From: a bacterium
GTDB taxonomy: Bacteria; Patescibacteriota; Patescibacteriia; UBA2196
Assembly (NCBI GenBank): GCA_035387885.1
Contig: DAOOOW010000003.1
Location: 3,498-67,497, forward strand
Length of the DNA stretch: 64,000 nt
Reading direction: 5' to 3'
Of this stretch, positions 1 to 9,704 are shown piece after piece (position 1 is the first letter of the stretch; each line of letters opens with the position of its first letter). The translations under genes and the position numbers were made by a program. A model generated the notes under the pieces. The model did no database searches, was not told the DNA's origin, and was given only the letters and a program-made list of their open reading frames with translations.

Positions 1-134
1 TGCTGACGGTTATTAAAGGTCTTGATCAGGTAACAACTGATAGAATAATTGAATTGACGTAAAACATTTGTTTGGAGGAAGGAAAAAAGTGATTAGGTAC
101 AAGAAAAAGTATTCCTATTGGTGAGCTGGCGGTA

Positions 135-590
135 ATGGTTGGAAGTGCTATTGTTAAAGACGAAGCACTCAGCAGAAGAAACGTCAGAACCACCAAGGAT
201 GGAAAGATTGATGGAAGGGTATTTGTAAAAATCATTAAGATGGTAGCAGTTGAAGAGAATAACATGATTCATTATCTTGATGATGAGCTCAAAAGATGTG
301 TGATCCATCTAGAGTATTATAAAGGCGATAAAACAATCGGGGCATATGTTGGCTTAAGAATGGCAAAAGAGGAAAGTGGAGAATTGAGAGCTCCTAGAAA
401 AAAAATTCGTCAACAAGACGTTTCTTCAATCAGCGATGATATGGAGTTCGATCCAGACAGTATTTGTTGCGTAGCTGCATATATTTCTCGGACGCTTGAG
501 GAAAGAGGGGTAATTTTTACCAGAGAAGAATTTTCTGATTTTGCCATAGCTTTGAAACTTGAAGTATTTTCTGGAAAGGGAAAGAAATAA
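135..590 (+). CDS. hypothetical protein (151 aa)
   Basis: Intact ORF followed directly by a rho-independent terminator. I recognise no motif. Confidence 0.45.
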   Translation: MVGSAIVKDEALSRRNVRTTKDGKIDGRVFVKIIKMVAVEENNMIHYLDDELKRCVIHLEYYKGDKTIGAYVGLRMAKEESGELRAPRKKIRQQDVSSISDDMEFDPDSICCVAAYISRTLEERGVIFTREEFSDFAIALKLEVFSGKGKK

Positions 591-599
591 ATGCTTTTG

Positions 600-625
600 G
601 CCACACATCTGTGTGGCTTTTTTTT
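600..625 (+). terminator. rho-independent terminator
   Basis: Hairpin gccacaca-tc-tgtgtggc followed by a T9 run. Confidence 0.65.
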
Positions 626-666
626 GCCCAAAATTCCATTTTCTGTCATAATAATTTTAGAAAATT

Positions 667-1233
667 ATGCCTAAAATTCTCCTTCATTCCTGTTGCGCGC
701 CATGTGGCGGGCAAGTAATTAATGAATTAAAAGCGCAGGGCTTTGAGGTCACTGTCTTTTTTTATAATCCCAATATTTTCCCAATTGAAGAATATGAAAT
801 TAGAAAAAATGAAATAGAAAAATTTTGCCAAAGTCAAAACGTGGAATTTATAGCAGAGGATTACAATCATAAAAAGTGGCTAGAATTTATTAAAGGATTA
901 GAAAAAGAACCAGAAGGCGGACCTCGTTGTTTTAAATGCTATGAATTTCGTCTACAAGAAACAGCTAAATATGCTAAAGAAAATAATTTTGAATATTTTG
1001 CTTCCACACTTTCCATTTCGCCGCACAAAAATGCCGAAAAAATAAATGAAATCGGTAGGGAAGTTGTCTTCAGTCTCCTGACTGGAGACGTAATGCCTCA
1101 TTTAATTTTTTACGAAGCTGACTGGAAAAAACACGACGGCTTTAAAAAATCCTGCGAATTATCTAAAACTCATAATTTTTATCGCCAAAAATATTGTGGC
1201 TGTGAGTTTAGCTTTCATTTGTCTACGCTCTAA
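667..1233 (+). CDS. queH: epoxyqueuosine reductase QueH (DUF208)
   Basis: N-terminal LLHSCCAPC motif and Cys pattern typical of QueH, about 190 aa. It carries an in-frame palindromic insert at 1063-1096. Confidence 0.8.
   Translation: MPKILLHSCCAPCGGQVINELKAQGFEVTVFFYNPNIFPIEEYEIRKNEIEKFCQSQNVEFIAEDYNHKKWLEFIKGLEKEPEGGPRCFKCYEFRLQETAKYAKENNFEYFASTLSISPHKNAEKINEIGREVVFSLLTGDVMPHLIFYEADWKKHDGFKKSCELSKTHNFYRQKYCGCEFSFHLSTL
1063..1096. repeat. GC-rich palindromic mini-element (family B), in-frame inside queH
   Basis: gttgtcttcagtctcctgactggagacgtaatgc is near-identical to 27096-27129. It translates to VVFSLLTGDVMP. Confidence 0.6.
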
Positions 1234-1256
1234 AATATCTAATTAACGCTCCGGCG

Positions 1257-1277
1257 CCTGCCTGCCGGCGAGGCAGG
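1257..1277. repeat. GC-rich palindromic mini-element (family A core cctgcctgccggcgaggcagg)
   Basis: Perfect 7-bp stem cctgcct/aggcagg with a gccggcg centre. Copies sit at 23105-23125 (inverted) and 26089-26109. Confidence 0.7.
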
Positions 1278-1474
1278 GATAAATTCCAGTATTTTAATTT
1301 TGTTTGTAAAGTGCTATACTTTAAATATAAAAACCTGCTCGCCGTAGTGATAATTAGTCGTTATGGAGCGAAGGCGGGTACTTAAATATGACTCATGATA
1401 AATGACTAGATTTAAAAGATAAAATTAGCTCTAATTTTAAAATTGAAGAGTCTAAAAAAGAAACATTAGAAAAT

Positions 1475-1711
1475 GTGTCAGATTCTGTTTGCGAAACTTT
1501 GATTTTTAACGGTCCAAATGGTAAAATAAAGTTAGAGTGGATATCTAAACCCAAAATTTTGGGTGAAAAAACTTTGTATTCCGGTCGGGTGGGCGCTGAT
1601 GTTAAGGTTGAAAAAGTTTATAGTCAAGATGAAAAATCAGAATTTCTTAAGGCCTATCTTTTTAAAGATAATGATTGGCAAGAAATTAATACTCAAAATT
1701 TTAATTTTTAA
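1475..1711 (+). CDS. hypothetical small protein (78 aa)
   Basis: ORF only, no recognisable motif. Confidence 0.35.
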   Translation: MSDSVCETLIFNGPNGKIKLEWISKPKILGEKTLYSGRVGADVKVEKVYSQDEKSEFLKAYLFKDNDWQEINTQNFNF

Positions 1712-1728
1712 ATAATTATTTACTCATT

Positions 1729-1787
1729 AGTTTTGACTTTTGAGTTTTGACTTTTGAGTTTTGACTTTTGAGTTTTTTATTATGTTC
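1729..1787. repeat. tandem repeat, 14-bp unit ttttgagttttgac x about 4
   Basis: Directly visible tandem array immediately upstream of a small membrane-peptide ORF. Confidence 0.7.
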
Positions 1788-1934
1788 ATCGGCACAATTT
1801 TATTCATTACAGGTTTGGCGTTTTTGTTAAAAAATTTGGGCATCCTTTCTGGTGTTACCTGGTCATTTATTTGGCCAGTGGTTATTATGCTCATTGGTTT
1901 ATCCATGATTATTAACAAAAAGAAATTAGTCTAG
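1782..1934 (+). CDS. small hydrophobic peptide (50 aa, 2 predicted TM)
   Basis: ATG at 1782, sequence MFIGTILFITGLAFLLKNLGILSGVTWSFIWPVVIMLIGLSMIINKKKLV. It is not in the ORF track because it is under 60 aa. The antisense track ORF 1727..1918 is probably spurious. Confidence 0.35.
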   Translation: MFIGTILFITGLAFLLKNLGILSGVTWSFIWPVVIMLIGLSMIINKKKLV

Positions 1935-1991
1935 CTTATTTTTAAATTAATTTGTTAACTCGTTAATTAATTAACTTGTTAATTAAGTTTT

Positions 1992-3617
1992 ATGTTAGAT
2001 CAAAAAAATTTAGAAGCAGTACCTCAAAATACTGTTGGCTCAACAGTTAGTTCAGAAACCAACATACCTTTAAAAATAATCAAAGAACTTTTTAAAAATT
2101 CTATTGCTTTAACTTGGTTAAAAAAGTGGCGTTTTATTTTTTTAAATATCATTCCTAAATTAATAGGTTTTTTACCTTTTCTGTTTTTGGGGGTTATTTA
2201 TGCAATTCTAGTATTTCAAGTGGGTTTTTCCAAATCTCTCATCAGTATTTCTCTGGTAGCTGGTTTTTTAGCTATTTTTTGTTTACTTTTTTTAATATCT
2301 TGTGTGTTTTGGTCTCAAAACGCTTATATTAATTATTTACAAACTAATGAAGAATCAAAAAAAACAATTTTAAAAAATAGTCGTAAGAAAGTTTGGAAAT
2401 TTTTTTGGGTTAGTATTTTAAGTGGTTTTATGGCTTTTGGTTATTTAATTTTGTTTTTTATCGTTGCGCCATTATTTTATATTTTTGTATCAACAGCAAC
2501 TATTGGCCTAGTGATTGGCGGTATAGTGTTTTTGGTTTTATTGATTCATGGCATCATCAGGGCCATTAAATTTAGTTTAGCCCCTTTAGCTTATTTAATT
2601 GATGATAAAACTGGTATGTTGGCTATTAAACACAGTGAATTCTTAACTTCTGGTTATCGCTGGGCTATTTTTAAAAGAAGTTTGGTTTTTGGATATTTTC
2701 AATTTGTTATTCAAGTTCTTGTTGGTGTGTTGGTTGTATTGGTGGGTCTACTTTTAGGCTTGGGTGGTTTAATTGGTATTCTTGGCACGATATTAATAAT
2801 AGTTTTATCTTTCATTAATATTTTTATTGGTTTATTGTTGGAACCCTTGGGTTATGTATATAATTTTGATATTTATAATAATTTAAAATTAAATAAACAA
2901 ACTGGTGAATCAAAAGAAAAATATTCTTTAGGACAAAAAATAGTTGTTTTATTGTTAATGATTGTTTTGCCGATTATGGCTATTGGTTTTTCTTTGCTTT
3001 TAAATCTTATTAGTCCTGAAAAAGACAATTTAGATAATAATATTTTTTCTTCTTTTGTTAATCAAATAGCTCCAGGCACCATGGAAAATTCAGCCAATAT
3101 TTTAATTAATTTTGAAGAAGATGATTTAAACACTGTTAGCGATCAACAACAACAAGCCAACGATGAATTGTTAAAAACTCTCAATTCACTAACCGAGGCG
3201 GAGACTGTGACAGCTAACAATCTTTTTGTCAAAACTTATCGATCTATGATGAATGGAGAAAACATACCAGAATTTTCAGAAACAGAATTTCAGTTTTTAA
3301 TTATTATGCAGGGTCTTGATGCCACCCCAATTAATAATTTATCTTTAGAAAAAAAGAAATTTATCTGGAATATTTTTTATGTTGATGGTTTAAAAGAACA
3401 AAATGAACAAATTGATTTAAATGATGATATTAATCAAAATGTCGTTCAAGATAATATCAATCAAGACGTTGATCAAGACGGTCTAACTGATGATTGGGAA
3501 AAATATTATAAAACAGATGTCAACAATCCTGATACAGATGGTGATGGTTATTTTGATGGCGACGAGGTGCAAAATGGTTATGATCCCGCTTTGCCTGGCG
3601 ATGCTAAATTAAAATAA
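1992..3617 (+). CDS. polytopic membrane protein with an acidic C-terminal tail of TSP3-like Ca-binding repeats (DxDxDG)
   Basis: Multiple hydrophobic segments. The C-terminus reads DQDGLTDDW...NPDTDGDGYFDGDE. Confidence 0.55.
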   Translation: MLDQKNLEAVPQNTVGSTVSSETNIPLKIIKELFKNSIALTWLKKWRFIFLNIIPKLIGFLPFLFLGVIYAILVFQVGFSKSLISISLVAGFLAIFCLLFLISCVFWSQNAYINYLQTNEESKKTILKNSRKKVWKFFWVSILSGFMAFGYLILFFIVAPLFYIFVSTATIGLVIGGIVFLVLLIHGIIRAIKFSLAPLAYLIDDKTGMLAIKHSEFLTSGYRWAIFKRSLVFGYFQFVIQVLVGVLVVLVGLLLGLGGLIGILGTILIIVLSFINIFIGLLLEPLGYVYNFDIYNNLKLNKQTGESKEKYSLGQKIVVLLLMIVLPIMAIGFSLLLNLISPEKDNLDNNIFSSFVNQIAPGTMENSANILINFEEDDLNTVSDQQQQANDELLKTLNSLTEAETVTANNLFVKTYRSMMNGENIPEFSETEFQFLIIMQGLDATPINNLSLEKKKFIWNIFYVDGLKEQNEQIDLNDDINQNVVQDNINQDVDQDGLTDDWEKYYKTDVNNPDTDGDGYFDGDEVQNGYDPALPGDAKLK

Positions 3618-3635
3618 AAAATAAAATAATATAAT

Positions 3636-4142
3636 ATGTTAAAAAAACAAAATCCCCATCAACATTTTAAAATGACCGAACGTGATGTCTCACATTTTTT
3701 TTCTTCTCGCAAAAATATAGCCATTTTTGTGGCGGTTGTAATTACGGTTTGCTTTAGCTCTTGGTTTTTAATTAATAATGATAAAACATCAAATTATCAG
3801 ATTGTCGTGCCCGCAGAAAAAAGTTTTAAAGAAAATCAAGATGACGTTAGTTTAAAAGAAAAATATCAAACAGAAGTCAAAAAAATAGTTTTAGACTATT
3901 TGGAGCAGAGAAAAAATATTGCTAAAAATGATTTAGACAATTGTCAGACAATTATTAAGCAAACAGCGGAAAAAATTATGCAGTTGATGGTACCGGCTGA
4001 GTTTAAAAAGTTTCATTTGGAATTAGTGATTGCTGTGGATAAAGAAAATAATTATTGTGTTGATCCGAAGGTTTTTGCCAACCCAGAATCTAATGTAGTT
4101 TGGGATGAATTAAAATTACAAAACGTTTGGTTAAGTCAATAA
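3636..4142 (+). CDS. hypothetical protein with an N-terminal TM anchor
   Basis: ORF in tight + strand operon spacing. One hydrophobic segment. Confidence 0.45.
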   Translation: MLKKQNPHQHFKMTERDVSHFFSSRKNIAIFVAVVITVCFSSWFLINNDKTSNYQIVVPAEKSFKENQDDVSLKEKYQTEVKKIVLDYLEQRKNIAKNDLDNCQTIIKQTAEKIMQLMVPAEFKKFHLELVIAVDKENNYCVDPKVFANPESNVVWDELKLQNVWLSQ

Positions 4143-4148
4143 AATTTT

Positions 4149-4913
4149 ATGCTTTTTTTAAGAAAAATATTTATTTATTTATTAAGTTTAAGTAATTTGT
4201 TATTGTTTTTTTTATTGATTTATAAACCAGAAAAAAATATTTATTGGTTGGGGTTATTTATCATTTTTTTATTTTTTTTAAATCGTTTAGCTAGCGGCAA
4301 TAAACTATCTTTAAAACAATTACTTTATTTTTTTTCTTTTAGTTTAATTTTTAGTTTGGTCAGTGTTATCTTTTTAAGCCTTTTGGAAAATATAATTTTG
4401 AGCTACATTTTTATTTTTTTTATAAATCTTTTTTTGTTATTTTATTTTATTATATTATATACCTATGTTTATCGCCCCGAAGATTATTTAGTGTTTAGTC
4501 TAGTTAATTTTATTAGTTATTTGTCTTTTTGGATTTTTTATTCTTTATTTACAGTTAGTTATGTGTTTGTCAATGTTTTAAATGCTTCCATTTGGTTGGT
4601 AGCTGTATTATTAGTCATATTTTCGTTGACAATTTTAGCTTATAATTTTTCTGTGGAAAATTTGAGTATTAAAAAAAATTGGCGTTATTTTTTAGTCTAT
4701 TCATGCTTAATTGGCGAGTTGAGTTGGTTAATTGCTTGGTTGCCTTGGAATTATTTTGTTAAAGGTTTTTGTTTGGCAACTATAGCCTATTTTGTTTTAT
4801 ATTATATTATTAAAAAAATTAAACATGATTGGTTGGCAAAAAATTTTATTTGGCAGACAGCAGTATTAATATTTTTGATGATTGTAATAGTAGCCACCAC
4901 TCGTTGGTTTTAA
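4149..4913 (+). CDS. polytopic membrane protein, hypothetical
   Basis: Very hydrophobic 254 aa, operonic. Confidence 0.5.
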   Translation: MLFLRKIFIYLLSLSNLLLFFLLIYKPEKNIYWLGLFIIFLFFLNRLASGNKLSLKQLLYFFSFSLIFSLVSVIFLSLLENIILSYIFIFFINLFLLFYFIILYTYVYRPEDYLVFSLVNFISYLSFWIFYSLFTVSYVFVNVLNASIWLVAVLLVIFSLTILAYNFSVENLSIKKNWRYFLVYSCLIGELSWLIAWLPWNYFVKGFCLATIAYFVLYYIIKKIKHDWLAKNFIWQTAVLIFLMIVIVATTRWF

Positions 4914-4928
4914 ATTTTTATATTTTTT

Positions 4929-6149
4929 ATGACACAAAAAAAATTTTCCACCAGAAAAATAAAAGACTGCGAACCATCAGAAAAAAAAGAAGCTTGCCCA
5001 GACGAAACACTAGAGAATTTTTATAATGAATTTCTAGAAAAACCTATTAGAAAAAAACAAATAAATTTAATTTGGTTTTTATTTTTAACTGTAATTTTAA
5101 GTTTTTTGGCTAGTATGACTATGTTTTTTTTGTTTCTTTCTGATACATTTTACGATTCCAAAATTTCTACTTGGTTGGGTGTTGAACCCGTAACCCACAA
5201 CAATATTGTAGTTGAAAAAAAAGAAACTTATAATATAGCTGAAGAAGAATATTTAACCAACTTGCTTAAAGAAATTAAGCCAACCAGTGTGGGCATTTTT
5301 TTGCAAGATACAAAGAATAAAACTGAATATTATCAAAATGCAAATTTTGTAGGCAGTGGTATGATTATGACTAGCGACGGCTGGATAGTTACGGCCAAAA
5401 GTCTCTTAAATACTAAAAATAGTTACGTGGTTATTGATCAAAATAGCAAAATTTATCAAGTTTTAGATATTAAAATTGATGAGACTTGGGAGGTGGCCTA
5501 TTTGAAAATCGAAGCTAATAATTTGCCGGTTATGTCTTTAGCAGAATTTAACAATGTGAACCAAGGCGATAGAGTTATTTTAATAACCGGAGTCAATGGT
5601 ATTAATAGTAAAACTATCACTAGTAGAATCGCTGATGCACGCTTAGTTTTAGATAAAGAATATATTCGAGAAACTGAAAAAAATTATTTATATTTTGAAT
5701 TGGCAAGCAAGAAAAATGAAAATATATTTGTTGGTGCGCCTGTAGTTAATTATAAAAAAGAAGTAGTAGGAATTTTATTAAATAACGGTGAAGTTGATTA
5801 TGTGTTACCGGCTAGTTATCTTAAAAAACATTTTAACATGTTATTAACGCTTAAAAAATACATTCCAGCTTTTTTAGGTTTGGAATACATAGATTTAGCG
5901 GCTAATCTTAATCAAGAAACACCCACAGGGGTTTTGGTTGTTAATGTAAAAAATAATTCTCCCTTACTTAAAACATCCATAACTAAAGGCACGATCATTT
6001 TGAAAGTAGGTGATGATTTGCTTAATGTTAATAATAATTTTTCTAATTTAATTCAAGAATATCGAGTGGGTGATAAAATTAATTTGACATATTTAGATAA
6101 AAATTCTGAATCTTCAGTAGAAAAAACTTTAGGTGTCGAACTAAAATAA
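4929..6149 (+). CDS. HtrA/DegP-like trypsin-fold protein with a C-terminal PDZ domain. Catalytic triad apparently lost.
   Basis: Block GSGMIMTSDGWIVTAKSLL aligns to HtrA GSGFII..GYILTNNHVV with H changed to K/S. EVAYLKIE stands in for DIAVLKI. FVGAPVVN stands in for GNSGGPLVN with the Ser lost. A PDZ-like stretch GVLVVNVKNNSPL follows. Confidence 0.55.
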   Translation: MTQKKFSTRKIKDCEPSEKKEACPDETLENFYNEFLEKPIRKKQINLIWFLFLTVILSFLASMTMFFLFLSDTFYDSKISTWLGVEPVTHNNIVVEKKETYNIAEEEYLTNLLKEIKPTSVGIFLQDTKNKTEYYQNANFVGSGMIMTSDGWIVTAKSLLNTKNSYVVIDQNSKIYQVLDIKIDETWEVAYLKIEANNLPVMSLAEFNNVNQGDRVILITGVNGINSKTITSRIADARLVLDKEYIRETEKNYLYFELASKKNENIFVGAPVVNYKKEVVGILLNNGEVDYVLPASYLKKHFNMLLTLKKYIPAFLGLEYIDLAANLNQETPTGVLVVNVKNNSPLLKTSITKGTIILKVGDDLLNVNNNFSNLIQEYRVGDKINLTYLDKNSESSVEKTLGVELK

Positions 6150-6155
6150 TTTTTT

Positions 6156-7073
6156 ATGGTTAATAAAAAAAATAAAATTTATCAATGGTTCTTGCCTCAC
6201 GAAGATAATGGTTATAAGCCACATTCTTTAAGACATAAAAGTTTGGCCATTTATTCTAGTATTTTGATAAGCGTGAAAATTTTAGTCGCTTTTATTCTTC
6301 TTTTAAGTTATCCAAGTCCAGCGGAATTTTCCACCATTACCATTAATAGGATAGTCGAATTAACCAATCAAGAAAGAATAAAAAATGGTTTGCCGGCTTT
6401 AGAACATAATTCTGTTTTGAATTTGGCAGCTGATAAAAAAGCGCAAGACATGTTGCAAAATAATTATTTTGCTCACACATCACCTGCAGGAATTAAACCC
6501 TGGTTTTGGTTTAATGAGGTTAAATATAATTATACATATGCTGGAGAGAATTTGGCCATGAATTTTATTGAAGCCGAAGATGCTCTTGGGGCCTGGATGA
6601 ATTCTCCAAGTCATAGGGAAAATATTTTGTCAAAAAATTTTGAAGATATTGGCATTGGAGTAGCGGTTGGACAAATTAATGGTATGGAAACAACTATTGT
6701 GGTGCAAATGTTTGGTAAAACTTATACTAAAGTAGCTGGTGAATCTTTTGTGCCGACTTCAGAACCGAATCCTGTAGAACAAATAACTGGCCAGCCCACT
6801 TTGGGCGAAGAAGCCTCACAAAAAGAAGTGCGATTAGAAGCCGTTAATAATCAAGGCTGGATGACTAAATTAATTTATTATTCCGAAAGATTTTTTATAG
6901 TTTTCTTGGCCTTTATTTTAATTAATTTGTTGTTGACAATTATTGTCAGAGTGGAAATTCAACATAAACCAATAATTTTACACAGTTTGTTTGTAATTTT
7001 ATTGGCTTTAGTTATGATTTTTATTAAATTTCATTTTATAGAACAGATAGGGCGTGATTTAAATATCATATAA
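6156..7073 (+). CDS. CAP/SCP (PR-1, YkwD-like) domain protein with N- and C-terminal TM segments
   Basis: Motifs HRENIL, GENLA and FAHTSP are typical of the CAP domain. Confidence 0.7.
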   Translation: MVNKKNKIYQWFLPHEDNGYKPHSLRHKSLAIYSSILISVKILVAFILLLSYPSPAEFSTITINRIVELTNQERIKNGLPALEHNSVLNLAADKKAQDMLQNNYFAHTSPAGIKPWFWFNEVKYNYTYAGENLAMNFIEAEDALGAWMNSPSHRENILSKNFEDIGIGVAVGQINGMETTIVVQMFGKTYTKVAGESFVPTSEPNPVEQITGQPTLGEEASQKEVRLEAVNNQGWMTKLIYYSERFFIVFLAFILINLLLTIIVRVEIQHKPIILHSLFVILLALVMIFIKFHFIEQIGRDLNII

Positions 7074-7090
7074 ATAATAATATAATATTT

Positions 7091-8365
7091 ATGCTTAAAA
7101 GTAACAAAGTTTTAAAGATGCCAGATGGTTTTTTATGGGGTACAGCCACGGCTGCTCACCAAGTGGAAGGTAATAATATTAATTCTGATTGGTGGCAATG
7201 GGAACAAAAAAATGTCGGTAAAATTTTAGATGTTAAAGAAAAAAAATTCCGTAACAAAAAATTTGAACCATCAGGACTTGCTTGTGATCACTATAGTCGC
7301 TTTGAAGAAGATTTTAAATTAATTGAAGAATTGGGCAATAATGCTCATAGATTATCAATCGAATGGGCTAGAATAGAGGCCGAAGAAGGTAAATTGAATT
7401 TAGCAGAATTAGAACATTACCGACAAGTTTTAGAATCTTTAAAAAATAAAAAAATTAAAGTCATGTTAACCTTAAATCATTTTACTTTGCCCTCATGGTT
7501 AGCTGATAAGGGTGGTTGGACTAATTTTAAATCACCTTTTTATTTTAATCGATACGCAACTTTTGTGGCTAAAAATTTAGGACATCTAGTAGATTTTTGG
7601 ATTACTATTAATGAACCAGAAATTTATATGGACATGAGTTATATGTCAGGGTTTTGGCCACCACAAAAAAAAGATATTAAATTAGCTGGTTGGGTTTATT
7701 TTAATATGGCCAGAGCGCATAAAAAAGTTTATAAAAATATTCATAAAATTTTAGATAAAAAAGGACATAAAACTCAAGTTGGTTTTTCTATGAACGTGAT
7801 GTCTTTTGCTTCTTATCGCAAGCATAATTTTTGGGAATTATTTTTTGTGCATGCCGCTGATAGAATTGTTAATCATTCGTTTTATGATTTAACAAAAAAA
7901 TCTCACGATTTTTTGGGTGTTAATTATTATTTTAGGGTTAGACTTAAAAAAAATGAAGGCAGTTTAATACCCGCAGTTGATGAAGTGCATGAAGATGAAA
8001 GTGAACTTAGTGACATGGGGTGGGTGGTGTACTCTCATGGAATTTTTGATGTCTTGATGGATTTTAAAGATTTTAATTTACCAATTTATATCACAGAAAA
8101 TGGCATTGCCACTGAAGATGAAGACCAGCGAGCTAAATTTATTAGTAATCATTTGGCTGAAATTCATCATGCTATTCAAGCGGGTGTGGATGTACGAGGA
8201 TATTTTTATTGGTCGCTTTTAGATAATTTTGAGTGGGATAAGAGTTTTGGACCAAAATTTGGTTTAGTGGCAGTTGATCGGAAAAAAAAGACTCGAAAAC
8301 CCAAAGAAAGTTTTTATGCTTATCAAAAAATATGTCAAACTAATACCGTGAGGCCGGTTGCTTAA
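7091..8365 (+). CDS. glycoside hydrolase family 1 beta-glucosidase
   Basis: Motifs FLWGTATAAHQVEG, TINEP (acid/base) and ITENG (nucleophile). Confidence 0.85.
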   Translation: MLKSNKVLKMPDGFLWGTATAAHQVEGNNINSDWWQWEQKNVGKILDVKEKKFRNKKFEPSGLACDHYSRFEEDFKLIEELGNNAHRLSIEWARIEAEEGKLNLAELEHYRQVLESLKNKKIKVMLTLNHFTLPSWLADKGGWTNFKSPFYFNRYATFVAKNLGHLVDFWITINEPEIYMDMSYMSGFWPPQKKDIKLAGWVYFNMARAHKKVYKNIHKILDKKGHKTQVGFSMNVMSFASYRKHNFWELFFVHAADRIVNHSFYDLTKKSHDFLGVNYYFRVRLKKNEGSLIPAVDEVHEDESELSDMGWVVYSHGIFDVLMDFKDFNLPIYITENGIATEDEDQRAKFISNHLAEIHHAIQAGVDVRGYFYWSLLDNFEWDKSFGPKFGLVAVDRKKKTRKPKESFYAYQKICQTNTVRPVA

Positions 8366-8367
8366 TT

Positions 8368-9636
8368 ATGAAAAAAAATATTCAGAAAATACTTTATTTA
8401 TTAGCTAAAAAAATATTAAAAATATATCAGCCACAAATAATTGCCATAACTGGTTCAGTTGGTAAAACTTCTGTTAAGGAAGCAGTTTATTTGGTACTTA
8501 AAGATAATTTTTCGGTAGCGACTAACATTAAAAATTATAATACAGAATTTGGTGTACCTTTAACAATTATCAAAGCTAAGAGTGGTGGTAAAAATATTTT
8601 GAAGTGGTTAACGGTGATTTTAAAAGCTTTAAAAAAAATTATTTGTAAAGATAAAAAATATCCGAAGATATTAATTTTAGAAATGGCTGCTGATCATCCT
8701 GGGGATATTGAATATTTAGTTAAATTAGCTCAACCTAATCTAGCCATTATTACAGCTATTGGACCAGCTCATATGGAATTTTTTGGTTCTTTGGAAAATA
8801 TCATTAAAGAAAAACAAACTTTAATTACTAAATTAAATAAAGACGCTCAGGCTATTTTAAACGCTGATGACAATTTGGTCTTAGCTATGAAAAATAAAAC
8901 TGAGGCCCAAGTTTTAACTTATGGTTTAGGTGAAAATGCTCTAGTTAGGGCGACAAATATTAGATATGAAGATGATGGTAGCGGCATCTATTGTACTATT
9001 AATTATGGTCAAGAAACTGCTGAAGCTCATTTTAAAAATGTTTTGGCTTTAACTCAAATAGGTTCTCTAATGGCAGCTATTACAGTTGGTCTGATTTATC
9101 AAATGTCTTTAGAAAATATAATTAAAAAATTAATTGATTTTAAATTCCCGGCTGGTAGATTGCAATTTTTAGCTGGTATTAAACAGACCCAAATTATAGA
9201 TGATACTTATAATTCTTCTCCTAAAGCAGTTAAAGTGGCTTTAGAAGTTTTGTCTAGAGTTGCTTGTGCATCCAGACGTTTTGCTGTTTTAGGAGATATG
9301 TTGGAGTTGGGTAATTATTCCGAAACTGCCCATGCGGAAGTGGGCGAGTGGGTTAAAGAATATAAAATTGATATTTTAATTGCCGTTGGCCAAAGTTCTA
9401 AAAAAACAGCTGAAGTGGCTGAAATAAATGGTTTAGCCAGAGAGCATGTTTTGGTTTTTGACACAGCTTTTGAGGCTGGTAAATTTTTGCAAAATGAAAT
9501 TGTTCAAGGCGATTTAATTTTAGTTAAAGGCTCGCAAAGCATGAGGATGGAAAGAGTGGTTAAAGAAATTATGGCCGAACCGAACCGTGCCGAGGAATTG
9601 CTTGTGCGTCAAAGTGAGGGTTGGTTAACTAAATAA
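8368..9636 (+). CDS. murF: UDP-MurNAc-pentapeptide synthetase MurF with a short N-terminal domain
   Basis: AITGSVGKTS P-loop, EMAADHPGDI, and a C-terminal LVKGSQSMRMERVV stretch that aligns closely to MurF. Confidence 0.75.
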   Translation: MKKNIQKILYLLAKKILKIYQPQIIAITGSVGKTSVKEAVYLVLKDNFSVATNIKNYNTEFGVPLTIIKAKSGGKNILKWLTVILKALKKIICKDKKYPKILILEMAADHPGDIEYLVKLAQPNLAIITAIGPAHMEFFGSLENIIKEKQTLITKLNKDAQAILNADDNLVLAMKNKTEAQVLTYGLGENALVRATNIRYEDDGSGIYCTINYGQETAEAHFKNVLALTQIGSLMAAITVGLIYQMSLENIIKKLIDFKFPAGRLQFLAGIKQTQIIDDTYNSSPKAVKVALEVLSRVACASRRFAVLGDMLELGNYSETAHAEVGEWVKEYKIDILIAVGQSSKKTAEVAEINGLAREHVLVFDTAFEAGKFLQNEIVQGDLILVKGSQSMRMERVVKEIMAEPNRAEELLVRQSEGWLTK

Positions 9637-9704
9637 AATATTGTTTGATAAAAGGCAAGAGCACAATTTTTATGCTAATATGTTAAAATGTTATATATGA
9701 TTTT

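Noticed and set aside
1727-1918. Track ORF on the minus strand (63 aa)
   Set aside because: It overlaps the tandem repeat and is antisense to a better-supported small membrane-peptide ORF. Its sequence is low-complexity.
4829-5026. Overlapping + strand ORF (65 aa)
   Set aside because: It overlaps the ends of two operonic genes in alternative frames and has no independent support.
8368-9636. Alternative call of the Mur ligase as MurE, MurD or a cyanophycin-type ligase
   Set aside because: The C-terminal block DDTYNSSP...VLGDMLELG...LVKGSQSMRMERVV matches MurF specifically. The short N-terminus is noted but does not change the call.
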